A stretch of 60,798 bases of DNA, counting the filler, from Basidioascus undulatus (taxonomy: Eukaryota), in the NCBI GenBank assembly GCA_000826855.1. It is 8 parts of 8 records of this genome, joined end to end, with 100 filler letters (N's around TTAATTAATTAA, not from the genome) between each part and the next. Parts side by side here need not be neighbours in the genome. Positions count along the whole stretch, not along the records: positions 1 to 7,008 come from JTLS01002114.1; positions 7,109 to 11,713 come from JTLS01002115.1; positions 11,814 to 16,416 come from JTLS01002116.1; 5 more parts are not named here. One strand, 5' to 3'. The translations under genes were made by a program, and so were the position numbers. Under the pieces are notes generated by a model. The model was not told the DNA's origin. It made no database searches and worked only from the letters and a program-made list of their open reading frames with translations. This document shows positions 1 to 12,919 of this stretch, one piece after another (the stretch's first letter is position 1; the number at the start of each line of letters is the position of its first letter).

Positions 1-1501
1 GGCGGTGGAGAGAAGGCAAGCAGTGAGCCGTATAGACTGCAGTAGCCCCAAAGTTGTCGATTCCAAGTGAGACTAAAGCGGGAAGGAGCGTGAGTTGGAG
101 TGTAGATGTTGACCCCACCTCCGATGCCCTCAATAATGCCGTACGTCAAAGGCTGTGCCCCCGCTGCTTGCGCGTTCTGTAGAGTCGTTTGCCGGTCGTA
201 AGTCGTTATTGTCGTCGTCGTCGTGATGGTGAGTGAGAGGATGTGCGAAAAGTGGAGCAAGGCCCCGAGGAAGGGCTGGTGAGGCACCGAGAGACAAGCC
301 CCTGTCTGTGCTGCAGCCAACAAAGTTGAACGAACGCGCCGCTAGCGCGTCGGGCTTGCTTTTACTTTCTCCGTGGTGCCCGACGCGTCGGGTCGTGTTG
401 TCAACTCGTGCTTTTGAGGTTGCACGAAGGCAGTAGAGTAATTTTCACGCAGCGACATAAAGCTGCTAGGCGAGGGGCCTGATAGCTTCAAGTGCTGAAG
501 GTCAACAGTGCCAGTAAAACGTGCTCGATGAAAGGGAGCAGTGTTCGCAGCTGTCCTGTCGAAAGGCTGTTGGCGTGCAAATGAAATTTTGCATCCATCC
601 CAGCTTGCAACGCACAACGCCAGATGAAGGGCCTGGCTTGGAATGGACGGCCTTGTTCGAACCGCGTCCACGCGGACCATGCCGGTCTCGCTGTTCTGTC
701 TCCCCTCTCTCCGAGCCGGCAGGGTGTGTCTGACGACAAACATCACCCTTGCTCTAATCAGTTGTGTACACCCCTGTACAAGGTTATGGGTAATCACGAA
801 CCAACCGTCCATCGCAAAGGAGCTCTTTGCCGAGGTTGTGGTTGCCCATAATGTTGGTGACGCGGTTGTGGTGACGTTTGTATGAAGGCCTGGGGAAATG
901 GACAGCGCTGAAGGAGGAAGACCCGCGTTGCCGATGCAATTAACCGACTGGACTTGAACGCATCATGAGAACCTTGCACTCCTAAGACACGGGAGATTAA
1001 TATAGGCACATCCGCGTGTCCTTTACCCGTCTATCATGCGCTACCAGAAGCGATTGGACGTGAGGCGGCCGCCCCCACCCGTCCCCCACGCCCGCCCCCA
1101 CTCTGTCGCGCAAGAGCGCGTGAGGCGGCATTGATAACGGCTGAGACGCCACCTCCAGGTCCCAAAGGAACGTTAAGGAATATTGCAATGTGCAACACCC
1201 TGACTTGAAATAGTACGGGCCGCCCCCACGCTCTCACCGATAAGACCAGACTACTGCTCCAGACTGCGGCCTGGTGATCTGGTGAGTGTCCAGCTGGACC
1301 TCGACTGCACATGTGGGGAGACTGTGGGCTCTGACGAGTTCTCGGCTCATTATCTGCTTTGACGTCACGAGATAACAGATACCAAGTCCAGTCCGATACA
1401 ATTGTGAATCTCGAGCGTTTCAAAAGCCTGTGGTCATCACAGGCAGTGCCCTAACCCCCCCCCTCACCTCGACCTACCGACACCCTCCCACACCAAGTGC
1501 C

Positions 1502-3800
1502 ATGCGGCCTTCATCGATCGAAACCCCCATTGAAGGCATAGCTACTACCATCTCCGAGTCCGACGACAAGAAGATTGGTCTCGAAAACGTCGAAGTCCAA
1601 GCCGCCCAGAATGAACTTATTGCCGAGGGTGACTACACCGAAGAGGAGTACAAGGCGTCAGTTTCTTCCTACTACGCTGGGTCTCTCGAAGAATTCTGAT
1701 CGAATTGCCTCCATATCCAGGCTCGTGAAGAGGTCCGTTCGCTCACCAGTTCAGGGCGTTACATTGACTGATTCCACTTGTACAGGATTGACTCCTTCGT
1801 GCTGCCACTCATGTTCTTGTGCTACGGTGTCCAGCAGGGTCAGGCTCTTGCGTACTTGAGCCTTTCCTGACTTTCGGTTAATTCTACGCTTACTACAGCT
1901 GACAATAGCCGCAGTTGGTACCCAGGTAGGGACCCACTCCTGGCGCCGCTTTCTAAGCCGGCGTGCTCACGGCAGACCGTTGTCCAGGCCATCTTTGGAA
2001 TGCGGGAGGATACCGGGATAAAGGGGCCAGGAATATTCATGGCTCACAATAATGTAAGTCCCACTCCAGTGTAGTTGGAGATGCAGCGTCCACTCACTGT
2101 CGCCGGTCGACCCCACAGCTTCTACCTCTTCTACCTGCTTTTTACCAAAAGGCTGCTCTCCGGGCAGTCAGATGAAAGATAATCTTCTCAGGAATTCCCC
2201 TCCAACTTCTTGATGTAACGGTACAATATTGGCCGCATCCTGTCGACCTACGTGTTTGTTCTCCCCCTTCTAAAAGCGGTTGCCTCAGCTTTCCCTCTGA
2301 CCTGTATCCTTCAGGTTCCTCTGGGGAGTCTGCGTCTTCGCCATTGCCGCTTGCCAGAACTTTGCCCAACTGGCGGCGATGAGGGCCCTTCAAGGAGCGT
2401 TCGAGTGTGCCATTACCTGCGTCTATTATTTAATCCTATTTTTCGAGCTTGTCACTCATCGAGATACCTCAGACCCGGGTTTCTTCTCATCGTCTCCTCA
2501 TTCTACAGCGGAACACTCGTCGCGGTCTCTCGTATGGATCTCAGCCAATTCGGGATTTATCATTGTGGTTAGCCTGATCGAATATGTCCGTTGAAGCACA
2601 ATAGTTTCCTTCTTCGGAACACTGACAATTCTGGGTGATCCAGGTAATTGGCGCTTACGGGTTGAAACACCCCAACTCGCTCGCGCCCTGGAGGTCCATC
2701 AGCCTGGTGGTCCAATCCGACTGTGTCAAGCCGAAGCGGAATTAATATGACTGACATTGCCCCGCAGTTTCTTGGTGCCCTCACGGTCGTTTGCTCCTTG
2801 TGCTGCTCCCAATCCTGGGAACCCCTCGGGAGGTTCGCTGGTTAAGCGAGGAGCAGAAGCGCATGGCGACCGCAAGAATCATCTCTAACAAGACCGGGAA
2901 CGACGATGCTTCGCAATGGAAATGGGCCCAGATTGGGCAGGCGTTCTATGATCCCCAAGCGCGGTCAGTATACCATCTTCCCTCTGCTCGGCCTCTGAGA
3001 AGCATTAACACAAACGATACCTCGACAGGTTCTCATTTTTCAATGTCCGTGCCCCACCTGAACAGCCAACAGAGACGCTGATGCTGACTGTCCCGCTTTT
3101 ATATAGGCTTTCCTGGCGTCAGTCCCGAATGGAGGCCTGAGCGCGTTCAACACTCTTTTGTACAAGGTGAGCTCTCGGTGTTCAACCCCCCTGGATGTGT
3201 GCTTTCCCTTTGGAGCCCTGACTTAGTGATGATCTTCTTACAGCCCTTCAGCTTCTCCGAACTGCAAATTGTGCTCGTCAACATCACCGCGCTACGTTAT
3301 CATTGTCTGTTGCATTCTGGTCACTGCACTTGTGACCAGGCGCTGGGTAAGTTGCTTTGTGACTGCCGGGCAAGTCCACCGCTAGCGGCACTGGGGGGGA
3401 CCAGAAAAACCTGCGTTTGTATGCCATGGGACTGTCTATCGTCCCATCCTTTGTCGGCACGCTCGCTGTGGCACGTCTCCTCAACGACCCCTACCTGCGG
3501 TGGACCAAATAGGGGATGGTCACTATGAGCATATCGAGCTTTGTCTTATCAAGTACACGAAATCGTTGCTCACCGTCGCCTGTTGCTTTCGGCAGCGGGA
3601 ACCTTCGTGATCGCTCTATACGTATTTCCTGTTACCTGTGTAAGAGCCTGAATAGACTAAAGGCTCTCGATAGGTTCCTCGGCTGGTCGATCATCCCGAG
3701 CAATGTCGCTGGCCGGACCAAGAAAACGAGCGTTAGTTCGATGACGTTCGCCGGTTACTGTGCAGGAAATATGGCGGGTGCTCAGGTCTTCAAGGCCAGA
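1502..3800 (+). pseudogene. MFS transporter, allantoate-permease (Dal5/ACS) type, pseudogenised
   Basis: Spliced segments read KRIDSFVLPLMFLCYGVQQ, AIFGMREDTG..QEYSWLT, EFPSNFLM*RYNIGRILS, MRALQGAFECAIT, EHSSRSLVW, WLSEEQKRMATARI, SNVAGRTKKTSVSSMTFAGYCAGNMAGAQVF. In-frame TAA at 2216-2218. Frameshifts near 1910, 2028 and 2505. C-terminus not found after ~3800. Confidence 0.85.
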
Positions 3801-4464
3801 ACGCTCCATCCTACACACCTGCCCAATGCCGCCAATCATCACTATGCGCGAACATCATCTTCCAAGTTCTTGATGACTGGGAGAAACATTCAATTTCAGG
3901 TCCCCGAGGGCCTCCACAAAATGCACGCATCAGGACTTTCCCAAATAGCTTGTTGTCCTCCGGCAGTCGACGCCACGTTCAGCATGCGTTGCAATGCCCT
4001 GAACTGCGCACGGAGATTTCTGCCTACTTTGTCCGTCGCGGAATTACAGGGGAGTTGCACCAGTGAGGTCATGTATGCCATGGCCATGCTTGTGTAGGTG
4101 CGGCCGTGGTCCGTGCGACGGCGGCAAGGGACCAAGGGGCGGTCACCTTGCGGGAAGGCGTGCAGGTAGTGACAATAGTGGAAGGTGAATTGGAAGCGAG
4201 TATAGAAAGTACAAAACACTTATGGGAAAAATATAATAGGTTCGAAGCAGAAACATCAACAGAGTATCGCGCTACGCTTGCAACATGGGAAGCAAAAGAG
4301 AGAGAGGAACAGGAGCCGAATGCCGTGAAGGGAGAAGAAAGGAAAACTACACTACACAGTATCCTGCCTGAGTGACAGAAGCGAAGTGAGATAAGAGAAA
4401 ATGTGAGCGCTCGGGGCTGATGTGCGCCGAGTCTGTCCGTGCTCCACGGTAGATACAGGTACGC

Positions 4465-6406
4465 TCAGAGAGACCGGTTGTTGGATACCCGCACAGGCCT
4501 GTTGCGACATCGCTGGTCAGTTACGAACGAGGCTCACCGGAAATGGAGATGTATGGTCAGACGCACCGAAGGATCATCTTCCCCGGCCTCGAGCGCTCGC
4601 GGCTGATCCGCCACGGCTGGCNTCCCCCCCGGCTGGCGGCCGTCCGGTGAGCCGCCGCAACGGGAGAGGAGGATTTCAGCGCCCTCGGTCGTGCCTGAGC
4701 GGGAAAGGACATGTCAGCCACGGACATCCCAAAAAGGAATTGGATGGCCGGACGTACCTTCTTCTTCGAGTGAGACTTGGCCATACCACGCTGCGTCGAC
4801 GCCGGCGCGCGGACGGATGTTGAACACGGCTCGGTAGATGTCTGGGAGGGCACGGGAGAGCTAATCTCAGCAAGCTGGTTTGGGCGATTGATATTCCTGA
4901 AAATCACGTACATCGCTGGACAACGTAGACGTTGCCCTGTGCGCTGCTCACGGAACCCACCCAAGCCCCGTCAGCCACCAGCCACCAACATCCCACAGAC
5001 CCAAAAGACAAGCCTCGCGCGTACTTTTCCACCGGCGTCCGATCCAGGGTGAGCCGGAGGCTCTGCTCGATCGCGGGGCGCCACGGTCCAAAGTCGACAA
5101 ATAAGACGGGGTCGTCGGTGACCCGGATGACGCGGTGGTGGTACGACGGCGCGAACGCGAGCGCGTCGAACCGGTTGGAGAGGTGGCCGAGGTGGGAGTA
5201 CGAGTAGTCGAGGTCGACGCAGAACTTTCCGTCAAAGGGGAGGCGGCCTGTGAGGCGCCACCAGAGTGAGTGGGAGAGAGAGAGGGGTGAAGGATGGAGG
5301 CAGTACCTACCCGTGTTACCTTCGTCCCCGAGCGCGACGTCCCAGACTACGTCGCCTGGCTTGACGCACGCCCAGACGCCCGCGCGGACTAGTTCCTTCT
5401 CGCACTCAATTACCTCCGCATCCGCAAGCCACACATCCCTCGAGGGAACGAAGACCTGTTTGGCACCACGTACATCAGTCTTCTTGTCGCAAGAAAGAGC
5501 AATCAATGAGAACGCACGCGAAGAAGCGCCGCCCGATTTGGTTTGTAAATCGGCGCGAGGGCCGGTCGCGCGAAGGAGACAGTCGACGACGAACCAGCGG
5601 GCACGCCGGTGTAGTCGGAGGCGGACGAGTGCGTCGTACCGACGCTTGATGAGCGCTTGTGGTGGCCCGTGGCCGCGGAGGCGATGGAGAAGTTGGAGGT
5701 AGAGCGCGATGAGGAGATCGAGCGGCCGTGGCCGTGGCCGGAGAACGCTTGTGCGCCGGCACGGATGCGGAGGAGGACACTGGGCGACGAAAGAGAAGGA
5801 AAGCAAAAGAAAACGAGAGATTAGGAAGAGGAGGGGATAGGGGGATAGGGGCAATCACGCACCGATTGTACGACCTGCAGCTGAGGACGACCGCCTCGTA
5901 CGTCTCGGGCGGGAGCTCGCCGACGAGGAACTTGGTCGCAAGCTGCTTGAACCTGTGAGTTGGCTGGCGGTAGCAGAACACTGTGCACCGTAAATTAACT
6001 GCGTCAGCCACACCTTACAACTTGGTCATCGGAAGAAACAGCTCCACGCACAGAACCCCGCGAGGTCCTGCAAGCTGAGCCTGAGCGGGTCCGGCCCCGC
6101 CGTGCGGTCCCACGCCTCGTACCCGATGGGTCCAAGTTCACGCTCGAGCATCTCCTCACGAAGCTCATAGTCGATGTCGTCCTCCGCCTCGTCCCACGCG
6201 GCGCGCACCGCGCCGGACACCGCGCGGAGGCGGATGACGTCCGGGAAGGCGAGGTGTGGGATGAGGAGCGCGAGAATGAGCGGGGAGGACAGGTACGGCT
6301 CCGCGCTCGTCGTTGGGGAAGCGAAGGATGGTGGGGAGAGGAGGAGGATGAGCGGGACGGAGAGGTGACGAACCTGCTCGATCAGCTCGGGTGTGAGCTT
6401 GGGCAT
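4465..6406 (-). CDS. Conserved basidiomycete hypothetical protein (multi-exon; 5' end uncertain)
   Basis: Motifs VIECEKELVRAG..GDVVWDVALGDEGNTGR..DLDYSYS..PSYHHRVIR..EGTTEG..RERSRPGKMILR resemble a basidiomycete family of unknown function that I recall. GT-AG introns. TGA at 4465-4467. An N at 4622 coincides with an apparent frame break. Confidence 0.65.
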
Positions 6407-6918
6407 GATGGGTGGGCCGCAGGGGGAGGGAGAGGGAGGGCCTGAAGGACGGGAAGGAAGGGAGGGAGGGGTGAGTCGGGTGGGATTAGAAAGGGTGGGT
6501 TGGGGTGTGCACAGGAAGAGGAGAGAAGGAAGGGATTGGTGGACGCCAGGACAGCGCGAGCGAGGGAGGATCTTGTTCCTCGGTCGATGCGAGTGTGATG
6601 GCCGCCTCGCGTGATGCAGGGGAGAAGACTCCGTGGACCGCGCACTCGGTATCGAGAGTACGGTGCGAGGCGGCCACTCCACCCGCCACATCTTCCTGTG
6701 CTGCAGACCCATCCTCCAATACGACGCGTGTTCGATAGTGCGCATCTTCGCGCTCGAGAGAAGAATCGATCGAGTGCGCGTGTGTCGTGCTCGAAGTGCG
6801 GACGTCGCGCGAGGATCTCCGCACCGGCGAGAGAGACTGCTGCTGACCTTTGTGAGTTGCGCGCCCGAGTTGAGCGCGAGAGGGGTAAGCGCGATGAGCG
6901 GGCGAGGGAACAACAACG

Positions 6919-7008
6919 GCGACGACGAGCAGAGCACGTTGAAGGGCGAGCGAGCAGGAGCGCGAAGCCTCGCTCGCTCGCCCTTCAACGTGCTCTGCTC
7001 GTCGTCGC
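6919..7008. repeat. Perfect 37-bp inverted repeat (hairpin, 16-nt loop) at contig end
   Basis: 6919-6955 GCGACGACGAGCAGAGCACGTTGAAGGGCGAGCGAGC is the exact reverse complement of 6972-7008. Confidence 0.95.
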
Positions 7009-7108
7009 NNNNNNNNNNNNNNNNNNNNNNNNNNNNNNNNNNNNNNNNNNNNTTAATTAATTAANNNNNNNNNNNNNNNNNNNNNNNNNNNNNNNNNNNN
7101 NNNNNNNN
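7009..7108. other. Artificial contig linker
   Basis: 44N + TTAATTAATTAA (stops in six frames) + 44N. Confidence 0.99.
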
Positions 7109-8580
7109 GTTCGTGGTGCTGGGACATGGGGAGGGGTTGGGCTTGGGCTTGAGAGAAGGAGAAGGCTCTGAGTCGAGTGAGCTGGGGGCTTGTGGAAAAG
7201 AGATGTGAGGGCGTCGAGACGATCAAGCCTGTCCAACTCTCCGACAAGGCCACCCCGAAAGCGCAGGCCGCTTGTACCTCTACACACCCTCCCGAGCACT
7301 TGCACCATCCTGGTCAGCCTGTTGCTCAAGTGCGACGCACTTTGCGAGGCCGGAAATGAACCGTTTCTTGTTATTTGACTTTCTCCCACCGTGATTCTTA
7401 CGCTCGTTGTTCCGTAGGACTGGCCCATAATGCCTGTTGAGAGCGTCAAGGTCCACTTGAAGCCATCCAACTTCGAGGTGCGTGGTCTTCACTTGCCCGC
7501 TTCGTCTGCGCAGCCTCTGACCTCCCCCGTTTCTGCAGCGCAACCCGGGTCTTGACGTTCCTGGCAAGAAGGACATCGCCTCGCGAAATGCGAGCGAGGC
7601 TTTCGCGTCCTTTACAACCTCTACCTGTACGTATTCGTGAGGCTGTTGCGACTGTTGCAGCAAAATGCTGATGATTTCGGTGGCGGACGCAGGCTGCCCT
7701 CGCCTTTGATTTTGAGATTCGCGGTCTTGTGAGGGAACGGACCCCGCGTACATTGACGTACATCCATGATAGTTGCCTGTATATTGATATCCATGGGTTC
7801 TTCATCGACCGACGTTGCTGTAGTGTCTGAACCCGGCTGGAACGGTAAAGTGAAAAAACTACCCGGACTCGCACGCCGCCAATGTACCGCTGTGGCACAC
7901 GTCACTGTAGTCTGGAGTCTTCTCACTCTCTTGGAACGTCCAGAAGTTTCATGCCGCAGAACCAAATGAATAATTGGAATGCGTCTCCGCGCGCGACTTC
8001 GCATTCAAGCTGCACGGCTGCCACGCCCACGGGTTTTGGTCGTTGGCATGCCGTGCTCATCTTCACGGGCTTGACGTCAAACTCCCGGAAAGAGAATGCC
8101 GAAACCAATGGGTGAAAATCTCAAGAATCGCAAACGGAGCGAGCCAGAGATTGACTTCCATGCCCTCATCGTCGACGCAACAAACGGGAGCGTGCCAGCC
8201 AGCGGAGCAAGTGCATCCCCATCTCGTATCACATCCCGCACCGTTGAAGTTATAAGGTGGATTAACTGGATGGGGTGTCCGCACAGATGCTTTGGCTGCG
8301 TTGGACATTGCAACTGCAAAGACCGCGAAGTGGGCTGAAAAAGTTAGTGTGATGGCCGCAAGCGCCCGTACGGCGGGTTGAACACGCTGGACCATGGATG
8401 TCTGTGTCCAAGAGTAAACGGATACATAAACCAGTTTTTGTATGGAAGTATATTCAAAGCAATCCCAAAGACTGAGAGCAGCGCACTGAACGAAAGCGCT
8501 CCACTTCAAGTTCGCTGTACATCGATTGCACTTCTTCCACCTGGTCCATGAAGACTCCGTGCAAGGGAGGGTAACAATAC

Positions 8581-10600
8581 TCAAAGTTTGCCGACGGCTC
8601 TCAGATCAGCGCTGGATCGAAACAGCCGACGGTGCGTCTCCGCCTCAGCGCGGGACATGCCGGTCCCGACGAGCTCGAGGATGTCAAGCGCCAGCTCGAC
8701 GGGCAGACCCTTCCCACTGGCGGTCTTGCGCTCGCACGCCCGGTTGAGCACGAGGTAGTAGGAGGGAAAGAGGACGCTACGCTGCTGTGGCGCGATGTCG
8801 GCCGTCGTCAGGACGTGGCTGCCTGGAAGGGTGGAAAGGCAGGGGTGAGCGCCATGGAGGGCGGTGGAGCCCGCGGAAGACGCACAGTCGTACTCGAAGC
8901 GCATGCCGGGGAACTTCCCCTGGTGGGACTCGTCGACAACAAAGAAGCAAAGCTGGCGGAATAAGTCAGTATACAGGCAGTGGCATTTTGGTGAAACAGT
9001 CGACTCACAATCTTGCGAGTCGCACGCTCATCGGACGCCGCTGCGCTTTCCTTCGGGAAGCTCACGCCGTCGACATGGTGCTGAAGGAAGTTTGGGAAGG
9101 AGACCATGCGGCCTTGTGGAGTCTCTGAAAATATTGGAAAAATGGCAGTCATCAGTACTGCTCAGAATATAAATGAAATCGAAATCGGCTTACCGACGGC
9201 ACCTTGCTCGAATAAGTTCGCGAGATCCCAGGTATTAGGCGGGTCCATGTCCATGTCGCTTGGGGTTTGAAGATCCATCGTCAGGATTGGTAGAACACAG
9301 AAGGTGCTGTTCGGACGTACTAGTCGTAGTTGCTGTCCTCGTCTTCCTCCTCTTCGTCCTCATAGCTATCTTTGGGGAAGTAGGCCCTGTAATCATCCTA
9401 TTTCATTGGTGTTATCAGCTCAATACACCTTCCAGCTTCTTCCGACGTATAGAGGCCATACGTGCATCGTATGAATAGTCGACCGTGCTGTTTCCCCTCC
9501 GCATATGAGTCGCAGGACAACATGAACCGGCTGCGGCTACGCACGATTCGCGCGCGCGGCAGAAGGAAAGGCCTTGTTCAAGCAGCTTGGTCGAGCTCGA
9601 GTAGTAGTAAATGAGGGAGGCACCGACGCGTTCGTGAGGCTGCTCAAATGGCGATCAGGGGCACTCGGGGCAGCGCTGTCAGTGGACACTAGCACTCACC
9701 GCTCCCACAACGTGCCAGCTCCTGCGGGGCTACGTCAGCTAGTGCAGCAGAGACAGGAAGGAAAGCCCTGACCTGCTGTACTCCTGTTTCATCCCGCCAT
9801 TGTGGTTTGAGTTCTACTTCATAGCCTGGACGACTACTGGAATGCGGTGCTGACCTGACCCGGGGATAAAACGTAGTTTGCAGCCTGACAATGGAGGATG
9901 CTTAGCGTTGAATCGTACGCTGACAAAGACCACTTCACTCACCATGACTATAACTTTAAGCTCCTTTCCACGGAGCGCACCCTCATACTTGATTGACTCG
10001 GGCGGCTCGTCCCTCGGTCCGGCGAGCTTCTTGTTTTCTTGCTGTTTAGCCACCTCATCCTCGTACTCTTTCCGCTGCATCTCGCTTTCGCGCCACGAGC
10101 GCCGCTCTTCCCAGCGCATGCGGCTGTCGGAAATAGGCGCAGCCTTGTACTCGAACAGCAGCGAGTGCTCAAGCATCGGCAAGGCGAGGTGCAGTGTCCG
10201 TTCGAGTGCAGCGTAGAGGTCCGGGTGGTCGCTCGGTAGCTGGAGAGAGAGGCGTTAGAAATAGGTTAGTAGAGAGTGAAGCGACGATTTCTCACTCCCA
10301 GACCGTTGATGTAGGACGTGAAGCGGACCGAAGAGCCGTCGTCTGCCACTTTGACGAGCGCTGGGAGCCAGGCGTAAACAGAGCGATGTTCTTACAGCCA
10401 TTCTTTCCATCCTTTCCAAAACATGTCTGTGGTATCTTGCGGTCTACAGGAGACCGTACATCTCGAATAGCAGGCATTGATCCCTCCAATTCGGTGTGCG
10501 AGGGCCAGAAACGATAATACGGATGTGTTTATCATGATCTTTCCGACACATTCACGCCAGCTCATGCGCGATTGCACGGCTCGGGCGAGGGACGAGAATG
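8581..10600 (-). pseudogene. DUF4246-family protein, probably degenerate
   Basis: Segments GKIMIN/HPYY, YAWLPALVKVADDGSSVRFTSYINGLG, LRGKELKVIV, TPQGRMVSFPNFLQHHV..RKI, LPVELALDILE..MSRAEAETHR match DUF4246 motifs in order. Frame changes near 10525 and ~10400-10450 have no obvious intron. Confidence 0.65.
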
Positions 10601-11622
10601 CCCACTATGAGGAAGAATGTGAGTGCTACTGAGAGACAGGAAACTGGGAGGGAACGCTCTGACGCTTTATCGCTTCCTGCACTCGTGCAGACTCGTGAGT
10701 TTTCATCATCTTTGCAGTCTCCTGAGAGTACCTCATGGCTGATATGCTATTCCCACCTGCAGCCTATGCGAGCATTGAACCTGCCTCGAGGCCTTTTCAC
10801 TTCAGGGGGAGGGCAGAGGGACAAGTGGAGAGGTGCTCTTGAGTGGGAACAGTCTATTATTCTGCTTCCAAAGAAAGTGAAGAGAAGATCGCCATCGGCT
10901 CGTTCAGATTGTGCGCGTGCCTTGAAAGATTCAGCGAGCGGCAGCGCACTAAGCTCTCCAAAAGAAAGGCGCTCAAACTGACAGTTCTTGAAACGTATAC
11001 TATATAGTATTCCTCGTCCAGTCAACCACAGGTGATCTTCCCTGTCGTTGAGAGCGTGTTTGGTATGCCGCCTTCCTTGGCAGCCCAAGCTGATTGTACA
11101 TTATCCTCCCTGCAGTGATTGCTTTGGGGGACTAGTTCCATCTCCCAGGGGTATTCCGAGGGTTTCCCTCCTGGATTGCCTTTGAAGGATTCCCAGCGAG
11201 AGGAAGGGCAGGGAAACGACTGCAGTCGTTCCGAGTGTGCTCAGAGACTGTGCGATTCGTGCGCATGTAGCTCAGTAAAGCTGCCCTAAAGCCTTATCAT
11301 AAGCCCCGTTTCGATTCTCTACTTTATGGGTCTTATTGAAAGGGAAAGGGCTGGAAGTGACCCAAGGTCCGTGCAGCTGGCAACTGGCACAGCTAAGCGA
11401 CGTAGTTGGCTTTCAGACTACTTGCGTGAAGCGGAGTACCACGGATTGGCAGGGATTCGCTCGGCCACTAGAGCCCGATTAGTCTCAGCCTTCATACTCA
11501 GTAGTGTCATAGCCGTCCATGGAACCTGCTCAATTTAAATCTTGTTCAGCTTACCTGACAATCGCTTGATTCGAACGCTTTGGGCCCGTGCTCCAGATTT
11601 GCAATGTAAGAAGACCTGCACA

Positions 11623-11708
11623 GGGCATATGGTGTAGTGGCTTATCACGCCTTCTTAGCATCTGTACTTGCTTGGAGGAGGTCTCCGGTTCAATTCCGGA
11701 TATGTCCA
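11623..11708 (+). tRNA. tRNA-Ala(AGC) with 12-nt intron
   Basis: GGGCATA acceptor stem with G3:U70. Anticodon arm CCTTC-TTAGCA^T-GGAGG, intron TCTGTACTTGCT, T-arm TCCGG-TTCAATT-CCGGA. Confidence 0.95.
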
Positions 11709-11713
11709 GATCT

Positions 11714-11813
11714 NNNNNNNNNNNNNNNNNNNNNNNNNNNNNNNNNNNNNNNNNNNNTTAATTAATTAANNNNNNNNNNNNNNNNNNNNNNNNNNNNNNN
11801 NNNNNNNNNNNNN
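11714..11813. other. Artificial contig linker
   Basis: 44N + TTAATTAATTAA + 44N. Confidence 0.99.
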
Positions 11814-12900
11814 TTCAGGAGCGAGAGCGCGGGCGGGCAGAAGCGGGTGCTCGACATCGATGGGGCGTTCTTCCTCCCTACTAACGCGCACGTCTTCTGG
11901 GCTCGCAGCGCTCGGGCTCGGCGCGCGGACCTGCTCCTGCTCCTGCTCCTGCTCCTCATCGTCGCTAACCGGGACGGGGCTGGGGCTGCGCTCGCGCTCC
12001 GGCTCACGAGCAGGCAGGCGGTCCTTCTCGCGTACGCGGCGCATGGCGCTGGCGAGTCCGAGCGCCGTCTCCTCGGTGTCCACCTGGTGCTTCAAGGGCG
12101 AGGACGAAGGAGCGGTGGGTGTTCCCCTCCCCGACGCCGGGCCCGTAGAAGACTTCAGCGGGAAGTTCTCCCAGTCCTCCTCCGCGCGGGGCGACGCAAC
12201 GCTGCGCACGCTCCTCCTGCTCGCGCTGCGGGTCGAGCGGACGCTATGCGTCGACGAGCCGGGGGCAGGGGCGAGCGAGTAGCGCGAGTAGCGGTACGAG
12301 TCGAGGTCGAGGATGTTGTCCCACCCGCTTTCGGAGTCGTACTCCCCGTCGTCGTCCGAGTCTTCTTCAGACGAGAGGGATGCGGGGTGCGTGAAGTGCG
12401 ATGCGGGTGGGGGCGCGGGAGGGGGTGAGGGCGAGGAGGCGGAGGCGTCCCGTGAGGGGGCGGGGGTTAGCGTGTCCTCCGCGGCAGTGCGGGGGAAGTA
12501 CGCGGGTCCACCGCTGAGGGCGCCGTGCGTGTCGTCTGACCCGGGAGGAGTGTCCATCAGCCCACGCTCCCGCCCCGGCTCGGGTGCGAGGCGCGGGGGC
12601 GTCTCCGACTCGGGGCTCGCGAGGCCGCTAAGCATGCTGAGCCCGATGCCGAGCCTGACATCCATCGTCATGCGCGAGCTTGCATCCGCCTTCGCCGCCG
12701 GCGCCGCGGCGGTTGGGAGGGGGAACGAGTCCGGGGGAGGTATCATCCCGCTCGGCATAGCGCTCCCCATCCCCATCCGCCTCGAGAGCTTCTTCACGCG
12801 CAGCTCCTCCTTCTCCTTCTCCGACCGGCTCGCCGCAGGCGGAGCAGGACGCTTCGGCGGGCTCCCTCCTCCGCCCGGAACGCTAATAGGGAGAGCCGGG
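11814..12900 (-). CDS. Internal fragment of a large low-complexity S/P/E-rich protein
   Basis: Open frame of >340 codons with GC-rich codon usage, a DSYRYSRYS motif and an EQ repeat. It runs off the contig and has no clear start. Confidence 0.55.
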
Positions 12901-12919
12901 GGCGGGGGGAGCGGAGGCG

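Noticed and set aside
3830..4375. Lower-GC, E/K-rich ORF replacing the 3' end of the MFS gene
   Set aside because: Possibly a TE fragment, but there is no recognisable domain, terminal repeat or TSD.
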